NCBI GenBank assembly: GCA_951406725.2
Contig: OX597818.1
Coordinates: 3,844,001-3,908,000 of the forward strand
Source: Octopus vulgaris
Taxonomy: Eukaryota
Reading direction: 5' to 3'
Length of the DNA stretch: 64,000 nt
Shown one piece after another: positions 14,780 through 30,214 of the stretch. The position numbers were made by a program, and so were the translations under genes. The notes below the pieces were generated by a model, which did no database searches, had not been told where the DNA came from, and saw nothing but the letters and a program-made list of their open reading frames with translations. Positions within the stretch are counted from its first letter, which is position 1. Each line of letters begins with the position of its first letter.

Positions 14780-17700
14780 ATGTCTGTCATTATTCAGTTT
14801 CATTTCAAGATTTCCTGCCAATAGAGAAAGGGTCAGTTTCTAACCTAGATTCAAGGCTCTTTCATTGGAATTTCAACATCAACAACAGGATATTTTCGAT
14901 TGTACATATGAATATGTGTAGATTTGTATGTTTTGCTTTATCTATGTATTCTCATGCATATAGTTGCATATCTAGACATGCTCATATATATTTAAATGAT
15001 AAACTACTGAAAAGTTTTACAGATTTTTACAGTTCCAGTGATGGATTGGATCTGTAGTCTTCAAATTAACTTTCTCCTTTCTGAATTTGAGAAGCCTAAT
15101 TTCTCAAGATTGGTATTTAGGCAGTGTATTACATATAAACTAGAACTTGTAATCTGGACAGAGTAACGGCAGATTTATCAATAGTTCAGCGTAGGTATTC
15201 TCTTTTTCACTGATCTTCAGCTTTATGTTACCATCTGCTGAGCTGCTAATTTTCACAACAGTGTACAGTTTCTCTTCGCTATCCCAAATCATTATACCAG
15301 GTCTGCTGTACTTACATTTTATTGAGGTCTTCACTGATGTATTCTACCAGTACTCCTTTTCATCATGTGTGGCCATGGGTTCTACCATACTGTGGGTTCT
15401 TATTTCTTTGTCCTCGGGGTTATCCTTCCGACGGATTTCATTTTAGAGAGTCCTAGGTAGAACAGCATATCTCATCGATAGATAATACCGTGATGACATT
15501 TCTGGACAACTGCTTATGATGTGGGTGATATCTTCGGTGTTAACTCCACAAAGAATGCATCGGTTGTCACATTTTACTGCTTTTCCTGCATCTCTATCCC
15601 TTTTGTGCATCAGGTACTTGGTTGATATTTCCTGTTCCTGGATTGCAAACGCATACTCTTCAAAGTGGGATGTAGTAATACGGTTATTGGTCCATGATAA
15701 ACTGCTTTGATGATTAATGTTACTATCATCTCGGAGCTTTCTACTAACATATCCAGGTATAGTCTTCTGCTCATATAGGCTCATCCTTTCATCTGGTGAT
15801 ACGTTGTAGTAGAGTCGTGCGACATTTTTGGGCATGTACTCTAGGTTATCAGACAAAGAATGTTGCTCAAAGAGTTGCCTTCCAAGTCTTATGATGTTAT
15901 CAGCCTCTTGTATGCAAACTTGGTCAAGGGATGCACTTCGATACTTGGTGGTTAAAAGAGGTTGCCGAAGGGATATGATACGACATTCAAAGGCATTTTG
16001 GATCGATGTTAAGCCTCAGCCGCCTTGTTTTCGTTTTATGTAGAGGCGGTCTACGTCACTGTTTATGTGGAAATTACGTGTGTTTGTTAGTATTTTTCGT
16101 GTTTTCACATCAATAGCTCGAATCTCATCAAGCGTCCAATCAAGTAGCCCAAATGTTGGTATGAGTACTGGCACTACAAACACATTGTGAGCCACTGTTT
16201 TATTGAATGCAGAGAGTTTTGAGGTCCAAATTTTCTTTATTCGGCTGTAATATTCTGTAGTGACACGTGTTTTGTTACAAGTGCCATTATAAGATATGTT
16301 TCCATCCAACCCTAGATACCTGTAACATTCCTCGTCAGATATAAGGGAAACAATCAAATCATTGATGGAGATGTTACTAGTCTGGCTTATAGTTTTACTC
16401 CTTTTCACAACCATATAACAACATTTTTCCTGACCAAACAAACTCCAACCCTACATCCTTTGAGAATTTTGTAACTAGGTCAAGGCTCTTTTTCATCTCA
16501 TGCATATTCTTCCTATAAAGTTTCAAGTCATCCACAAATAAACAGTGGATACCGCGATACCGCACGCTTAGGTTCATTCTTTCGATTTCGGGCACGGTAG
16601 GGCGGCGGAGCAACGGGCGACCGGCGCAGGCCTGGCGCAGACCTGGCGCAGGCCTGCCGCTACCTCGTGCTAGCCGCAGTTGTCATCTTTCGGGATTTTA
16701 CGGGACGGACCACGTCGCCGTATCGACCGCGTGTATCTCGTGAACGCCTTCCGGCACAGAGACGCTGTGCCCTTGGAATATACCTTTGCGATACTGTATT
16801 CTATCAGTGATGTCACTCTTTGTGCTTAGTTTCAAGATGGTGGCCCGCAATAAAGTCAGGTCAGTTATGGCTTTGACTATGTTCACTGGAACTTCAGCAA
16901 ATTCAATGGATTCTAGCATCCATAAGTAGGGAACAGAGTCAAAGGCTTTCTTGTAGTCTAGCCACACTGAAACTAAGTTCCTCCTATGCTCTCGCACCTC
17001 TGACATCACAGTTTTGTTGATTAACAGTTGCTTGGCACATCCCCAAACTCCCTTCTTCCCAGCTACTTGTTAGATGATGTTATTGGTTTAAGGCGGCGAG
17101 CTGGCAGAAACGTTAGCACGCCGGACGAAATGCTTAACCGTATTTCGTCTGCCGCTACGTTCTAAGTTCAAATTCTGCCGAGGTCGACTTAGCCTTTTAT
17201 CCTTTCGGGGTCGATTAAATAAGTACCAGTTATGCACTGGGGTCGATGTAATCGACTTAATTCCTTGTTTGTCCCCTCTATATTTAGCCCCCTGTGGGCA
17301 ATAAAGAAATAGATGTTATTGGTTTTACAATGAAGTAAGAGGTTTAAACATACTGTATATATCATATACATTAAGTTTTGGCATGCAATTGACCGGTAGT
17401 TTTTTGCCATGTGGGTGGTTCTGCATTTGGGGATCAATTTTGTCTCTGCCAGAGCTAACCAGTGTGGTATGCTACTGCTCTCAATGTGAGCTTGCTGGTA
17501 CATATTGATAAGATATGGTCGGTAGAAGGTTAGCTTCTTGTACCAATATCCGACAATCAAGTCTCTTCCAGGTGCTTTTACATCCTGAAGTTTCTGGATC
17601 ACAGTTGCAATAGTTTCACCGTCGATGTTGTATGTCTTGGGTGTAACGCAGGAGCAATAACTTCTTCGGATTTCTTCCAGCCACAAAGCATCTAGGTTAA

Positions 17701-19110
17701 ACTCCTTCTCTTCACTCCAGATTGTCTTCTAGTAGGAATCTATGAGTTCTCATGAAAGAGCTTCTGTGATGTTCACTGCTCCTCCTCTCATGTCTCTACA
17801 TACGGCTGCCTGGTTCCGGTTAAAGTTTTGTTTATTGTTCTTCTCTCAGTTATTCTCTTCTGATGTCGAAATTTTTCACCGACAACTCCTGCTTGAGGGT
17901 AATCAGTTTGCAAGTGTGTTCTCTTTTTGCTGTCTCCAAACATCATTTCTATCACCTTTACTTTCTATTGGTGAGACGTATAGTGAGTTGCTTGTTTGCA
18001 CGCAATGAGCATCATCACATGGCTGATGGTCTTCCGTAAACCAGTTATCTTTTTCTCTGTCTTCAAAACCCATGATTGTACTTTCTTTGTATGTTTGGTT
18101 TTGTTTACTCTTTGAATGTCATTCATGTACTGCTTTGCAGTAGTAGCCAGAGTATATAGACAGGCGTTAATCTGCCAGAATGTGGGTTCATCACACTGCT
18201 GTAAATATTCATCACTAATTTCGTTAACAGCTTTTAATACCGTATCTGGTGTTTTTTTTTTACTTACTTTGGTAGAGAATACTCTCTCCTCGAGAGAGTA
18301 CTTCAAAGCCAAAGTTAATTTTTCTCGGAAAATTTCAGTAAGGGGACATTTCACTGATATATGATCCTGACTACCACTACTATTACAATAATCGTTGCGG
18401 TTGTGCCTGCTATTTACCATAGTCGTAGTAGGTGAACAATGGTCAGTTACTTGAGCCAGTAATGTAACTTGGCTGGCAGGCACTACGGAATCTGTTGGAA
18501 TGTTGCTAGCCGCGAAACCTCATAGTGGTCTTACATCATTCACGTTCTCGTTTTTGTTTATGGGGCTGGGAAGAAGGTTAAGTTTTGATTTTTTAATAAA
18601 GTTACAATCACTAACCTTCTCCCTATGTTCTACAATTGTTGCTTGTTGGCGTAGTTGCTTCGCAGTAAAATGATTTAATTCTGGATGCAGTTCGTCCCAA
18701 TATGATTTCAATTAATTCATATAGCCAACAGCAGGGTTTTGTTTCGCTTTTTCGTAGCAGTTAAAAAGCTAAGTATTCAATTCATAACTCCAAGAGAAAT
18801 GAGTTTTTAATTAGGGTTTCTTCTATAACTAAGCTAGAAAGAATTTGTCAACCTGTTGTGCTGTTTATTTTTCGTTCTGTTCCTCGGCTGTGTTGTTGTT
18901 GATGTCGTGTCCAGCCATATTGCTAAATTCAAGTTTCAGTCGATAATCCTTGCAATCATGTATAAAAGGCTCCCTCAGTTAATTCATCTGAAGATTAACC
19001 AATTATTTAACAAGACTGATAGTTGTGGCTCCAAAGTTGGAGATAGTATTAATCGTATTTCCGATAAATATTTTCCCACGCCAAATACGCGACTTGTCGC
19101 TTCGAGTTCC
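14780..19110 (-). mobile_element. R4/Dong-type LINE (family C, CATA-associated), near full-length, with nested insertions
   Basis: YWDELHPEL, KAPGRD, NYRSIAC, WLDYKKAFDSVP, GIFQG, FVDDLK, YRYLG, CILC..HIISSC, SRPGIMIW. 3' UTR extends to ~14780; TATG tract beyond the 5' end. Confidence 0.88.
17090..17311 (+). mobile_element. Full-length tRNA-derived SINE with 14-bp TSD, nested in the family C LINE
   Basis: TSD gatgttattggttt at 17076-17089 and 17312-17325. A/B-box-like head (ggcggcgagctggcagaa...gttcaaattc). Central gccttttatcctttcggggtcga...agtaccag resembles the Meta-type SINE domain. Confidence 0.9.
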
Positions 19111-19176
19111 TGTGTATGTATTTATATATGTTTGTATGTATGTATGTATGTATGTATGTATGTATGTATGTATGTA

Positions 19177-19213
<37 letters not shown>

Positions 19214-19234
19214 GTGTGTGTGTATGTATGTATG

Positions 19235-19700
19235 TCTCTTTTATATTTAATCAATTTAAGTTCTTTCTCTGAAGAAGGAGCTTGTTTCTAACAAAGATAC
19301 AAAGCTCCAGCTTAGGAATGTAGATACCGAAAACAATGTCACATTCTCAACCTGAGAAAACCCTTGCATAATTTTACTGTTCCACTTACAGATTTGTTTG
19401 TAATGTGCGAATCAGCTGGTTGATTTCTGATTTTTGAAAATTCAACCTGATCCAGACTGACATTTGAGCAGTTACTTACAGTACCAAGTACTCTAATTAT
19501 TATTGGTGTAAATGTAAATTTATAATCTGAATATAAAAGCTGGAGGTTTCGAAGTAGTTGTCCATAGTTATCATCTTTCACTTTGAATTTCAATATCAGC
19601 AGGATGTGACGGTAACATACTCTGTGACGGTACATACTTTTGTCTGTCCCAAGCAACAATATCCAGCCTGTTATGCCTACACTTGAGAGATCCTTTGATG
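19235..19700 (-). mobile_element. R4/Dong family C-like 3' fragment
   Basis: ORF 19339-19659 NYGQLLRNLQLLYSDYKF..PIIIRVLG..SVSGTVKLCKGF. Flanked by TATG tracts. Confidence 0.75.
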
Positions 19701-19844
19701 GGAATGTATGTATGTATGTATGTATGTATGTATGTATGTATGTATGTATGTATGTATGTATGTATGTATGTATGTATATACCTAAAATGAAATTATTAAC
19801 TATTATAGTTCGATGTCATTAACAATGATGTTTCAATGTTTTAG

Positions 19845-19904
19845 ACGACAATACTCAGAAAGCTAAAATTACAAATGAAAAATGGCGTGAAATTAGCGGT
19901 GAAG
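19845..19904 (+). CDS. Host gene exon (linker before Ig domain)
   Basis: ttttag acceptor; open frame DDNTQKAKITNEKWREISGE; gtaaat donor (alternative gtcggt after 19916). Phase 1, compatible with the next exon. Confidence 0.55.
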
Positions 19905-20036
19905 GTAAATACAAAGGTCGGTATTTCAAGAATTTATAAATGTCTATAGAATATTTCTGTGAAGTCATTTAGCCTCTATTGGTTTGCCTCGTAGCATCAA
20001 AGGCTAATAATTGATTTTATATTCAACTTATTCCAG

Positions 20037-20094
20037 TGGTGAGACGAATTGCGAGAGGAGCTGTTGGAGAAATGATCAAGATGGATTGTCCAGG
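20037..20094 (+). CDS. Host gene exon: start of Ig domain (VVRRIARGAVGEMIKMDCPG)
   Basis: ttccag acceptor, gtatgt donor. Carries the Ig B-strand Cys; phase 2 joins in frame to 26619. Confidence 0.8.
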
Positions 20095-20376
20095 GTATGT
20101 ACACCACTTAGAAGGACTCACATCTTTTCATTTCTATTAAATACATGAAGAAAATAGCAATAATATTTATAAAATTAGATATTTTAGGGTATATTGAGGA
20201 CAGAGTTTTCATGTAATGGTCATGACCTTTCTATATAGTATAGGGTAATTATTCATAAAATCTTGACACTGAGTTACACCGCATAATCCTCTACTTCGGG
20301 TGCAAAACTTTTATTTATCCAAACTTCAATATTTCGTATAATTTTGTTTTGCGGATCTGTAACACCATTCTACTTA

Positions 20377-20462
<86 letters not shown>

Positions 20463-20656
20463 CAGAGAGAGATTTGCTTGTTTATTTTTACGAATTTGTC
20501 ACAAATAGAGAGTCCCGTTCCTAGGAGAGAAACAAGACTCTTTCATATGAATTTAGACATCAATCAGGGTTAGTTTTGTATGTATGTATGTATGTATGTA
20601 TGTATGTATGTATGTATGTATGTATGTATGTATGTATGTATGCATGTATGTATGTA

Positions 20657-21128
20657 GGCCACGTTTGAGAAATCTCGAGTTGCACATGAGAAAGTAAGGA
20701 GGGATGTCAGGAATGGCATCGCTGTAACACTTCCAGAAGGGAAGGGTCTTCCTTTGATTCTGATATGCAATGTCTGTGCAAGACCCTGCCTCAGTAAAGC
20801 TGGACTCATGAGTCATCTTCGTAGTCATAAAACGAGACAGATGAGTGACAACCTGGCCACTGGTGGTGGCGTAACACACCATACTAATCATATCTGTCGG
20901 GTATGTGGAAGAGAATATAATTCGGCTGGAGGGCTTAAACGACATGCAAAGGTACATGAAGCCCAGTTACAACTACAGCCGGCTATTACCAGTAAAGGTT
21001 TTAGTTGCCAATTTTGTACAAGACATTTTACATCTTTAGCTGGGCTAAAAAGTCACATTCGATCACAGCACCAGTAACAGTTAAGCTTCGTGCAATGGCC
21101 ATACTCGATAACGAGGGGGCAGCCATAA
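20657..21128 (+). mobile_element. RTE-type LINE 3' tip encoding three C2H2 zinc fingers
   Basis: Open frame ATFEKSRVAHEKVRR...CNVC..SHLRSH, CRVC..RHAKVH, CQFC..SHIRSQH*. Short 3' UTR; embedded between two (TATG)n tracts. Confidence 0.7.
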
Positions 21129-24022
21129 TGTATGTATGTATGTATGTATGTATGTATGTATGTATGTATGTATGTATGTATGTATGTATGTATGTATGTA
21201 TGTATGTATGTATGCATGCATGCATGTATGCATGCATGCATGCATGCATGTATGTATGTTATGTATGTATGCATTTATGTACACAGATATGCATAAATAT
21301 ATATACATATTTTTGTTTACACGCAGACGTGGATGCAAGTAAAGAAGTCATTGCATATGTGGATTTTATTACGCTAAACTTCTTGAATGTTTTACATATT
21401 TTGACACTACTTTTGATAGTTTGTAGCTATAGTCTTTCTGATTTTGTGAAACCCAGTTTCTCAAGCTAGGTACTGAGGCAGTTCGTTATGTAACCAACTA
21501 CTCTAGTATTATCAGTAGAAATCTTGTTTTGGCCTGGACGGAGACCAATAGAATTCTCAGCAGTTCTGCGTAAATGTTCTTTTTTGCACAGATCTTCAGC
21601 ATTATATTTATATCTGCAGATATCGAAAATAAATTTACGGCAGTAAATGCTATTGACAATATATGGAAATGAAAAATAACTTTACAAACCCTATACGAGA
21701 TCATAAATAAACACATATCTGGAAAAAATGTCAAAGATTTTCTTTGTGAATATCAACTGCATCTAAGATTTTAAAGGATAACCAAATATATTTGTGAATG
21801 TATTAGGCTTTCAGTATTATTCCTCACATTGAAAAGCATTTGTCTACACGGATAACTTAGCAAATAAAACGATTAAATATGCCAATTACGCAAGTTGTCG
21901 CCTGTACTAAAGCCTTATCTATTTTTAAGAAGCTTAAAGACAAGAACGAAAACACGGCTATGAGGTAACATTTACTGCAAGCTCGTTGGTGGCAAAATGT
22001 AAAACTACAGCTGAAACTAACCGTTGATGTTAAATCAATAAAATTTATTTTATTCAAAGAAATAAATCCAAGGGCACTTAAAGGTCTTGTATATACTTCA
22101 AGACATGTAGAAAATAAAAGAAAATGATTGAACATTCGTTTCACATTATTTTGAACTTGGATTTTAAAAAATATTGTTCATGTTATACATCGTGTAGAAT
22201 GTAGATTAACACCAGCAATCTGTACATCATTACCATCTAAATGTTAGATTAATGTTTGTGCTATCAGATATACGTTACTTTGACGACTAATAGACCATAG
22301 TGCTTAGTATCATTTAAAGAATATTATCTTTGGCACACATTTGATCTATACATAAATGCTATTGATAAAGTGATGGGCGGTTACGATACTGAAAGGATTT
22401 CGGGAATCCTTCAAAAGAGCATGGAACAAATTACCGAAAAAAATATTGGAGAGTTTGAGAATAAACTCTGTCCTCTTTAATTTATCAACAATTTTAGAGG
22501 ATTTGAAGAAACATTAGAGATTGTTCTAAATAAAACAGAACTGATCGTTGATGTCATTAATACCCAATTGTACATTAATATTTCTACGAATGACATAAAG
22601 TGTCTGTTTCAGTCACGAAGCCAATGTGACACAAATGAAGACTTCAAAGAAATGAAAAGACATATGGAAACTAAAGAAAATCTAACAATCGAAACTTTAT
22701 TCTTTTATTCTTCTAAGGGCGCGAAAATCATTTAAGATTTAAGAAATCTAAGGGCGCGAAAATCATTGAAAATTTTCGTGCCCTTCAGAATTTCGAACGA
22801 ATTTGAAAAGGTGATTCAGACCTACATAAATTACAGATTTGCTATCGTGAAATTTATAAGGAAAAAGCTGTCATGGAAGTTAGACAAATACAAGCTACAT
22901 GAAGCCAAACGAAACGGTAAAACAATATTGAGAGGGGGAAAATGTTTGTGCCATTTGATTGTTTATTATTTATAAACGTGTATAGTATACGTAAAAAGTG
23001 ACAAGGTATATTTCTTTCACATTTTAGTAATTCTTAATTTCATTTCTAATTCAAGTTTTACTCCATAATTTTTTTCGTTTCATTTTGTCATTTTACTGTT
23101 ATTCTTATTTTTTTCTACCTCCAGACTTGCTCGTGTTTCTTCTTGAGTTGTAGTTTTGTTGCAGTTTTTTATCACTTCTCTCCAGTTCACATTAATCAGG
23201 GATTTCTTCCAATAATAATCTTCGTTTTAGTTTTGAATTCGAAGTCGATCAGTTTCTTTATTATTAATAACTTCATCGTCTGCTTCACTTGCAAATTACC
23301 TTTTCTGTATTTGAAAAATCGGCGCTTTTGCTTCCTTACTCTTACGCTCTCATTCCTTCACTCTCTACATTATTCTAACTCATTCACTTCGTTATTTCTT
23401 CTCTCTATTTATCTATCAACGTACTCACATATATGTATATACACACATATAAACACACACATATACATATAGTTCCCTCTCTTATTTCTCCCAATCAGAA
23501 ATTGCGGTGTCTTCTCTTCATTTTTCAACGTATCTCTTTTCTCTACTTTTCAATATCATGTACAAAATTCCTTCTCGCTTTCTATCGTTTACATTCTTTC
23601 TATCATTTGCTCACTCTCAATAATTCTGTTATTTTATCCCGTCGCCTCTTTATTTCCACTTCTCAAGTATACGAATATCCAGCTCTATCTTTCTTTTCTC
23701 CATTTCTCCTTTTTTTTATAAAAAAACACTTTATTACGTATTCTATCTTCTGCTCTCCTTCTCCCTTTAATCCTTCCCTACATTTCAGTGTCTATTCCAG
23801 GTAAGAAGGAAAAAACGGATATAGTAAGAAAGCCACCAAATAACTGCGTAGAGTGGCATACTAACACTTCCCAACTTCCAGGTCTTGCGGCAGACCACTT
23901 CAGAACGAGATCTCCGCGAAGAAACAGGGTTACTGCTTGCAACTATAAATTGAAGGGAGTGGTGGTGGTCCTGATCGCAGAGGAAAGTGATCGCAGAGTG
24001 TAAGCAACGAAAGGTAGACAAA

Positions 24023-24063
<41 letters not shown>

Positions 24064-24372
24064 CGTGTGATTTAAATAAGACGAAGAAAAAATTTAGCAC
24101 ATTTCTAATTACCAGTTACAATTGTTTCAGTACTTCGTTTTCAACGCCACTATGCATAAAAATTTCATGTGAAAAGTTACGTAAGCTTTGGGATATTTTT
24201 CTTTTACATTATAGTAGCACTTCATCGGCCTTGCATTATAAAGTGCTCTCTTACATACACGATTATTAAGCGCTGTATGTTGGGAGGAGACACTAAGTAA
24301 AACTAAGTATAATAAATGAAATAGAGGACAACACAACACCTTGATGACTGTAACGCTAAATATGATGAAGAA

Positions 24373-25720
<1,348 letters not shown>

Positions 25721-26089
25721 GACAAAAGTGAGCTAAGAAAAATAACTCAGACTGGCCAATGGCATGAATTTTCACAACAAAATAAATAATGGTATACTAA
25801 ATACAAGATAAATTCTTAATTTGTTGAAACGTCTAGTGCTATTTACAGTTGACTCAGAATGAAAAGGGGAAATAATCACTAGCACCAAGAATTCTCGGGA
25901 TTTGAGATGCATTAATGAAAAAATCAATTTTATATTTCTAGATTCAAGAGGATAGCAGCACGTGCATGTTAAAGGCACACAGTTGTCAAATCTTGACTCC
26001 AATTTTATCTAAGACGTAAACATGTACAAAAACATGTCTCACTATAACCTTTTCCTCATCACCTCCTCCAATGCCTCCTCCCCTCTTAA

Positions 26090-26478
26090 AAGTTTTTGCC
26101 TTGCAAGTAGTTGGTGACCCTATCAGTGCAGGTACCACTTAAAAGCACCCAATTCACACTGTAAAGTGGTTGAAGTTCGGAAGGGCATCCAATTGTAAAA
26201 ACCTTGTCAAAACTGACATCGCCTGTGCTTGTGCCACGTTAAAAGCACTATTCACCTCGCCTGTACTTGTGCCACATACAAAGTCCACTCTGTTGAGTGG
26301 TTGGTGTTAGGAAGGGCATCCAGCTATAAAAATCTTGCCAAGACAGTCATAGAATTCTGGTGCAGGTTTCGGCCTGGCCGGTCTTTGAGGTACCGTCCCA
26401 CCCATGCTAGCATGGAACACGGACGTAAAATGATAGTGATGATGGTGATGATGATGATGATGATGGTGATGATGACGA
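26090..26478 (+). mobile_element. RTE-family 3' UTR fragment with (GAT)n tail
   Basis: ggtgttaggaagggcatccagct and ccatgctagcatggaa...gacgtaaaatgat match the 3' ends of RTEs at 59601 and 63950. Confidence 0.75.
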
Positions 26479-26506
26479 TATACATGCATATGTGTGTGTA
26501 TGTGTG

Positions 26507-26566
<60 letters not shown>

Positions 26567-26618
26567 CAACTACATTATCTCTCCTTATTGCTGTCACTTT
26601 TATATTTATCCTTTCTAG

Positions 26619-26815
26619 GACCAACCTAAACAGTTTGGTTTGGTGGAAGAATGGTACTAAAACCTTAAACTACATGGGATTCGCTAATTCAACAGATACA
26701 CGAGTACAGGTGAAACCAAATGGTAACTTGATTATAAACGCTATAGAACAAAGCGACCAGGGCATATATTCCTGCTGGCTTCATGGAAAGCTCAGAGCCG
26801 TCTATAAATTTATTG
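26619..26815 (+). CDS. Host gene exon: Ig domain core, FAM187-like Ig membrane protein
   Basis: ctttctag acceptor, gtacgt donor. TNLNSLVWWKNG...RVQVKPNGNLIINAIEQSDQGIYSCWLHGKLRAVYKFI has the Ig W and DxGxYxC motifs. CPG..W spacing and DxGIYxCW recall the FAM187 second Ig domain (from memory, not searched). Confidence 0.9.
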
Positions 26816-27083
26816 GTACGTCTTACCAGCTCTGGCCCCTATTTTCTCTTGCAATATTCCTTTGGGAATTTTTTTTTCTATAAATATCTTATAATACTGA
26901 AATTTTGTCTGCTTTGGTTCTCATAATAACCTGTTTTTAAATATGGTGGTGTTGAAGTTGTGCTTTTACGACATCCAGATTTCAAATATTTTGTTTTATG
27001 GGGATTTACTCATTAAGAGACCAAATATCTGAGAGGACATATTGAAAGCTTGTAATAAAACTATACTTTATGTCTGTTTTCAG

Positions 27084-27110
27084 TGCGACCACCGATGGAA
27101 CAGACAAGAG
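27084..27110 (+). CDS. Host gene 27-nt exon (VRPPMEQTR)
   Basis: tgtctgttttcag acceptor and consensus gtaagt donor. Phase 1-1, in frame with both neighbours. Confidence 0.75.
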
Positions 27111-27416
27111 GTAAGTCATTTTCAAAAGAGACGCATTATCTTCGATAGTGCGAATGTAAGAACTGGATCTGTACTTCATGGGAAGAATTACTCGTTTTAT
27201 TGACTGTTATATATGTCAGCCATGTTTTGCCGGATTTCTCTTTATTATATCTGCAGTACATTATAATCTGGCGAGTGACGACGTCGGTAACTGAGTGTCA
27301 ATAGACAACAAGACGATGTAGTTAGCGAATGAGAGTTATTAAATAAATAACAAGAGTAATAGATAATGAGAGAGGGGGAGATGAAAAGAAAGAGAGAAGG
27401 AAAGATAGATAGATAC

Positions 27417-27458
<42 letters not shown>

Positions 27459-27574
27459 TGTGTGTGTGTGATTATGACGTCTGTTTCCATTTTATGGTAT
27501 TTATTATGTTTGTCTTTCACCACTTTGTGCTACACTAGGAATGTAACTTAGGAAATGAATATACATGTATAGAT

Positions 27575-27935
27575 ACTTACCAACCAGATGGTCCCGCGTT
27601 CAGTCTCACTGCGTGACACTTTGGGCAAGTGTCTTCTACAATAGTTTCGGGACGACCAAAGCCTTGTGAGTGGATTTGGTAGACGGAAACTAAAAGAAGA
27701 CCGTCGTATATATGTATGTGTTGTGTATGTTTGTGTGTCTGTGTTTGTCCCCCAACATCGCTCGACAACCGATGCTGGTGTGTTTACGTCCCCGTCACTT
27801 AGCGGTTCGGCAAAAGAGACCGATAGAATAAGTACTAGGCTTACAAAGAATAAGTTCTGGGGTCGATTTCTTCGACTAAAGGCGGTGCTCCAGCATGGCC
27901 GCAGTCAAATGACTGAAACAAGTAAAAGAGTAGAG
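27575..27935 (+). mobile_element. tRNA-derived CORE-like SINE, 5'-clipped
   Basis: cactttgggcaagtgtcttct core, internal TG tract, gaaacaagtaaaagag tail. Closely similar to 46912-47305. Confidence 0.85.
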
Positions 27936-27974
27936 AGTATGCAAATACATCTATCTATCTATTTATCTGTCTGC

Positions 27975-28012
<38 letters not shown>

Positions 28013-29375
28013 ATCTATATCTATCTATCTATACATACATACACACATACACACACACACACACTCACACACACACACACACATAGATATGATCCGTAGA
28101 AGGCTGAAATTTCGAAGCAGCTGCCAATCTTTTCCTTCGCAAATAAACAACCAATACTAGAGTCTTTGAATGAATACTTCCCTTCATATATCTTTTCTTC
28201 TTTCGTTACTATGATTGTAGGCATTTAGCATTATCCGTTATCTCACGAAATCTCATGGCACACACTCACCTTTAAAATGGTAGATATCACCCATCATTCA
28301 AACTCCACTTAAATAAATGCAAATATGCTCGCACGAAACACAACACCCATGGTACTGGGGTGCTGATTTCTATTGGAAGAAATTATTTACTAATAGCGTG
28401 TTGAGGCTTCATCTTTTAAGTTTGTCATTAACGTGTGTATGTGACCGTACAGACACACACACACACACACACACATACTCACGCGCGCACACACACACAC
28501 ACAACTTGGATAGATTTCACTCATCATTGACTCTGACAGTGTCTAACTCCTGACGAAGTTTCCGTCATCCAAAATCAAGCAGACTTACATTCAAAGACCC
28601 ATCTTTGTATATTTATAAATACATTGTTCAATGTGTCCTTATTTTAAGACGGTAAGATAGGGTTTGAGATTATTTCGCTGTTATTTCTTGCAGATTGAGC
28701 TGTGGTTGATGTAAATGGTAAAGTCTAGTCACTGTTGCTGCGAACCAGAGTAGCACCAGATTCCTTTGATGTCTACTTCCTTAGAATGATGGCGTTTCTA
28801 TGGCAACAGCAGACTTGCACAGATAACATTTGCGGTGGCGTTCTTTAGATATATCATCATCAAGCAGTGTTTCACCTGCCATGTGCCTATAAATAGGAAC
28901 TGCTCACGTTTTGGGGGCGGCATTATAACGTGGCGTGGGGTGGTATTATAACGTTATTTTCAGTAAACTGTTGCCAACATCCTTGGTGGTGGTGGTGGTG
29001 GTGGTAAAGAGGTGAAGGAATAGGAGAAAGAAGTGGTGCAGGGGAATCATGATGATGATAATGATGCTGTTGCTGCTGCTGATGATGATGATGCAGTGAC
29101 TTTGATGACGTTACCACCACTTGCTGTTAGTAGCTGATAGTGACGGTCATGGTAGTGTTGATAGAGGTGGTTGTGACGGTGTTGACGGTGTCGTTAGTGT
29201 CGGTATGTTGGTAGTGGTGGTGATGACGGTGTCGATGGCGCTGATGGTATCCATACTGATGGTGTTGTTGTATGGTGGTGGTGGTGGAGCAGCGGGATGC
29301 AGGGTTGATGTAGTATTGGCATGGGTGATGGTGATATTGTTGTTAATGACTGTCTTGGTAGTAGTTGCAATAAAC

Positions 29376-30214
<839 letters not shown>

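Noticed and set aside
20657-21077. C2H2 segment as an alternative exon of the Ig gene
   Set aside because: The nearest AG gives the wrong phase and lacks a polypyrimidine tract; the context fits an RTE 3' end.
23789-23800. Possible 12-nt in-frame microexon (catttcag|tgtctattccag|gtaaga) within the Ig domain
   Set aside because: Cys-to-Trp spacing already fits the FAM187-like pattern without it; no transcript evidence.
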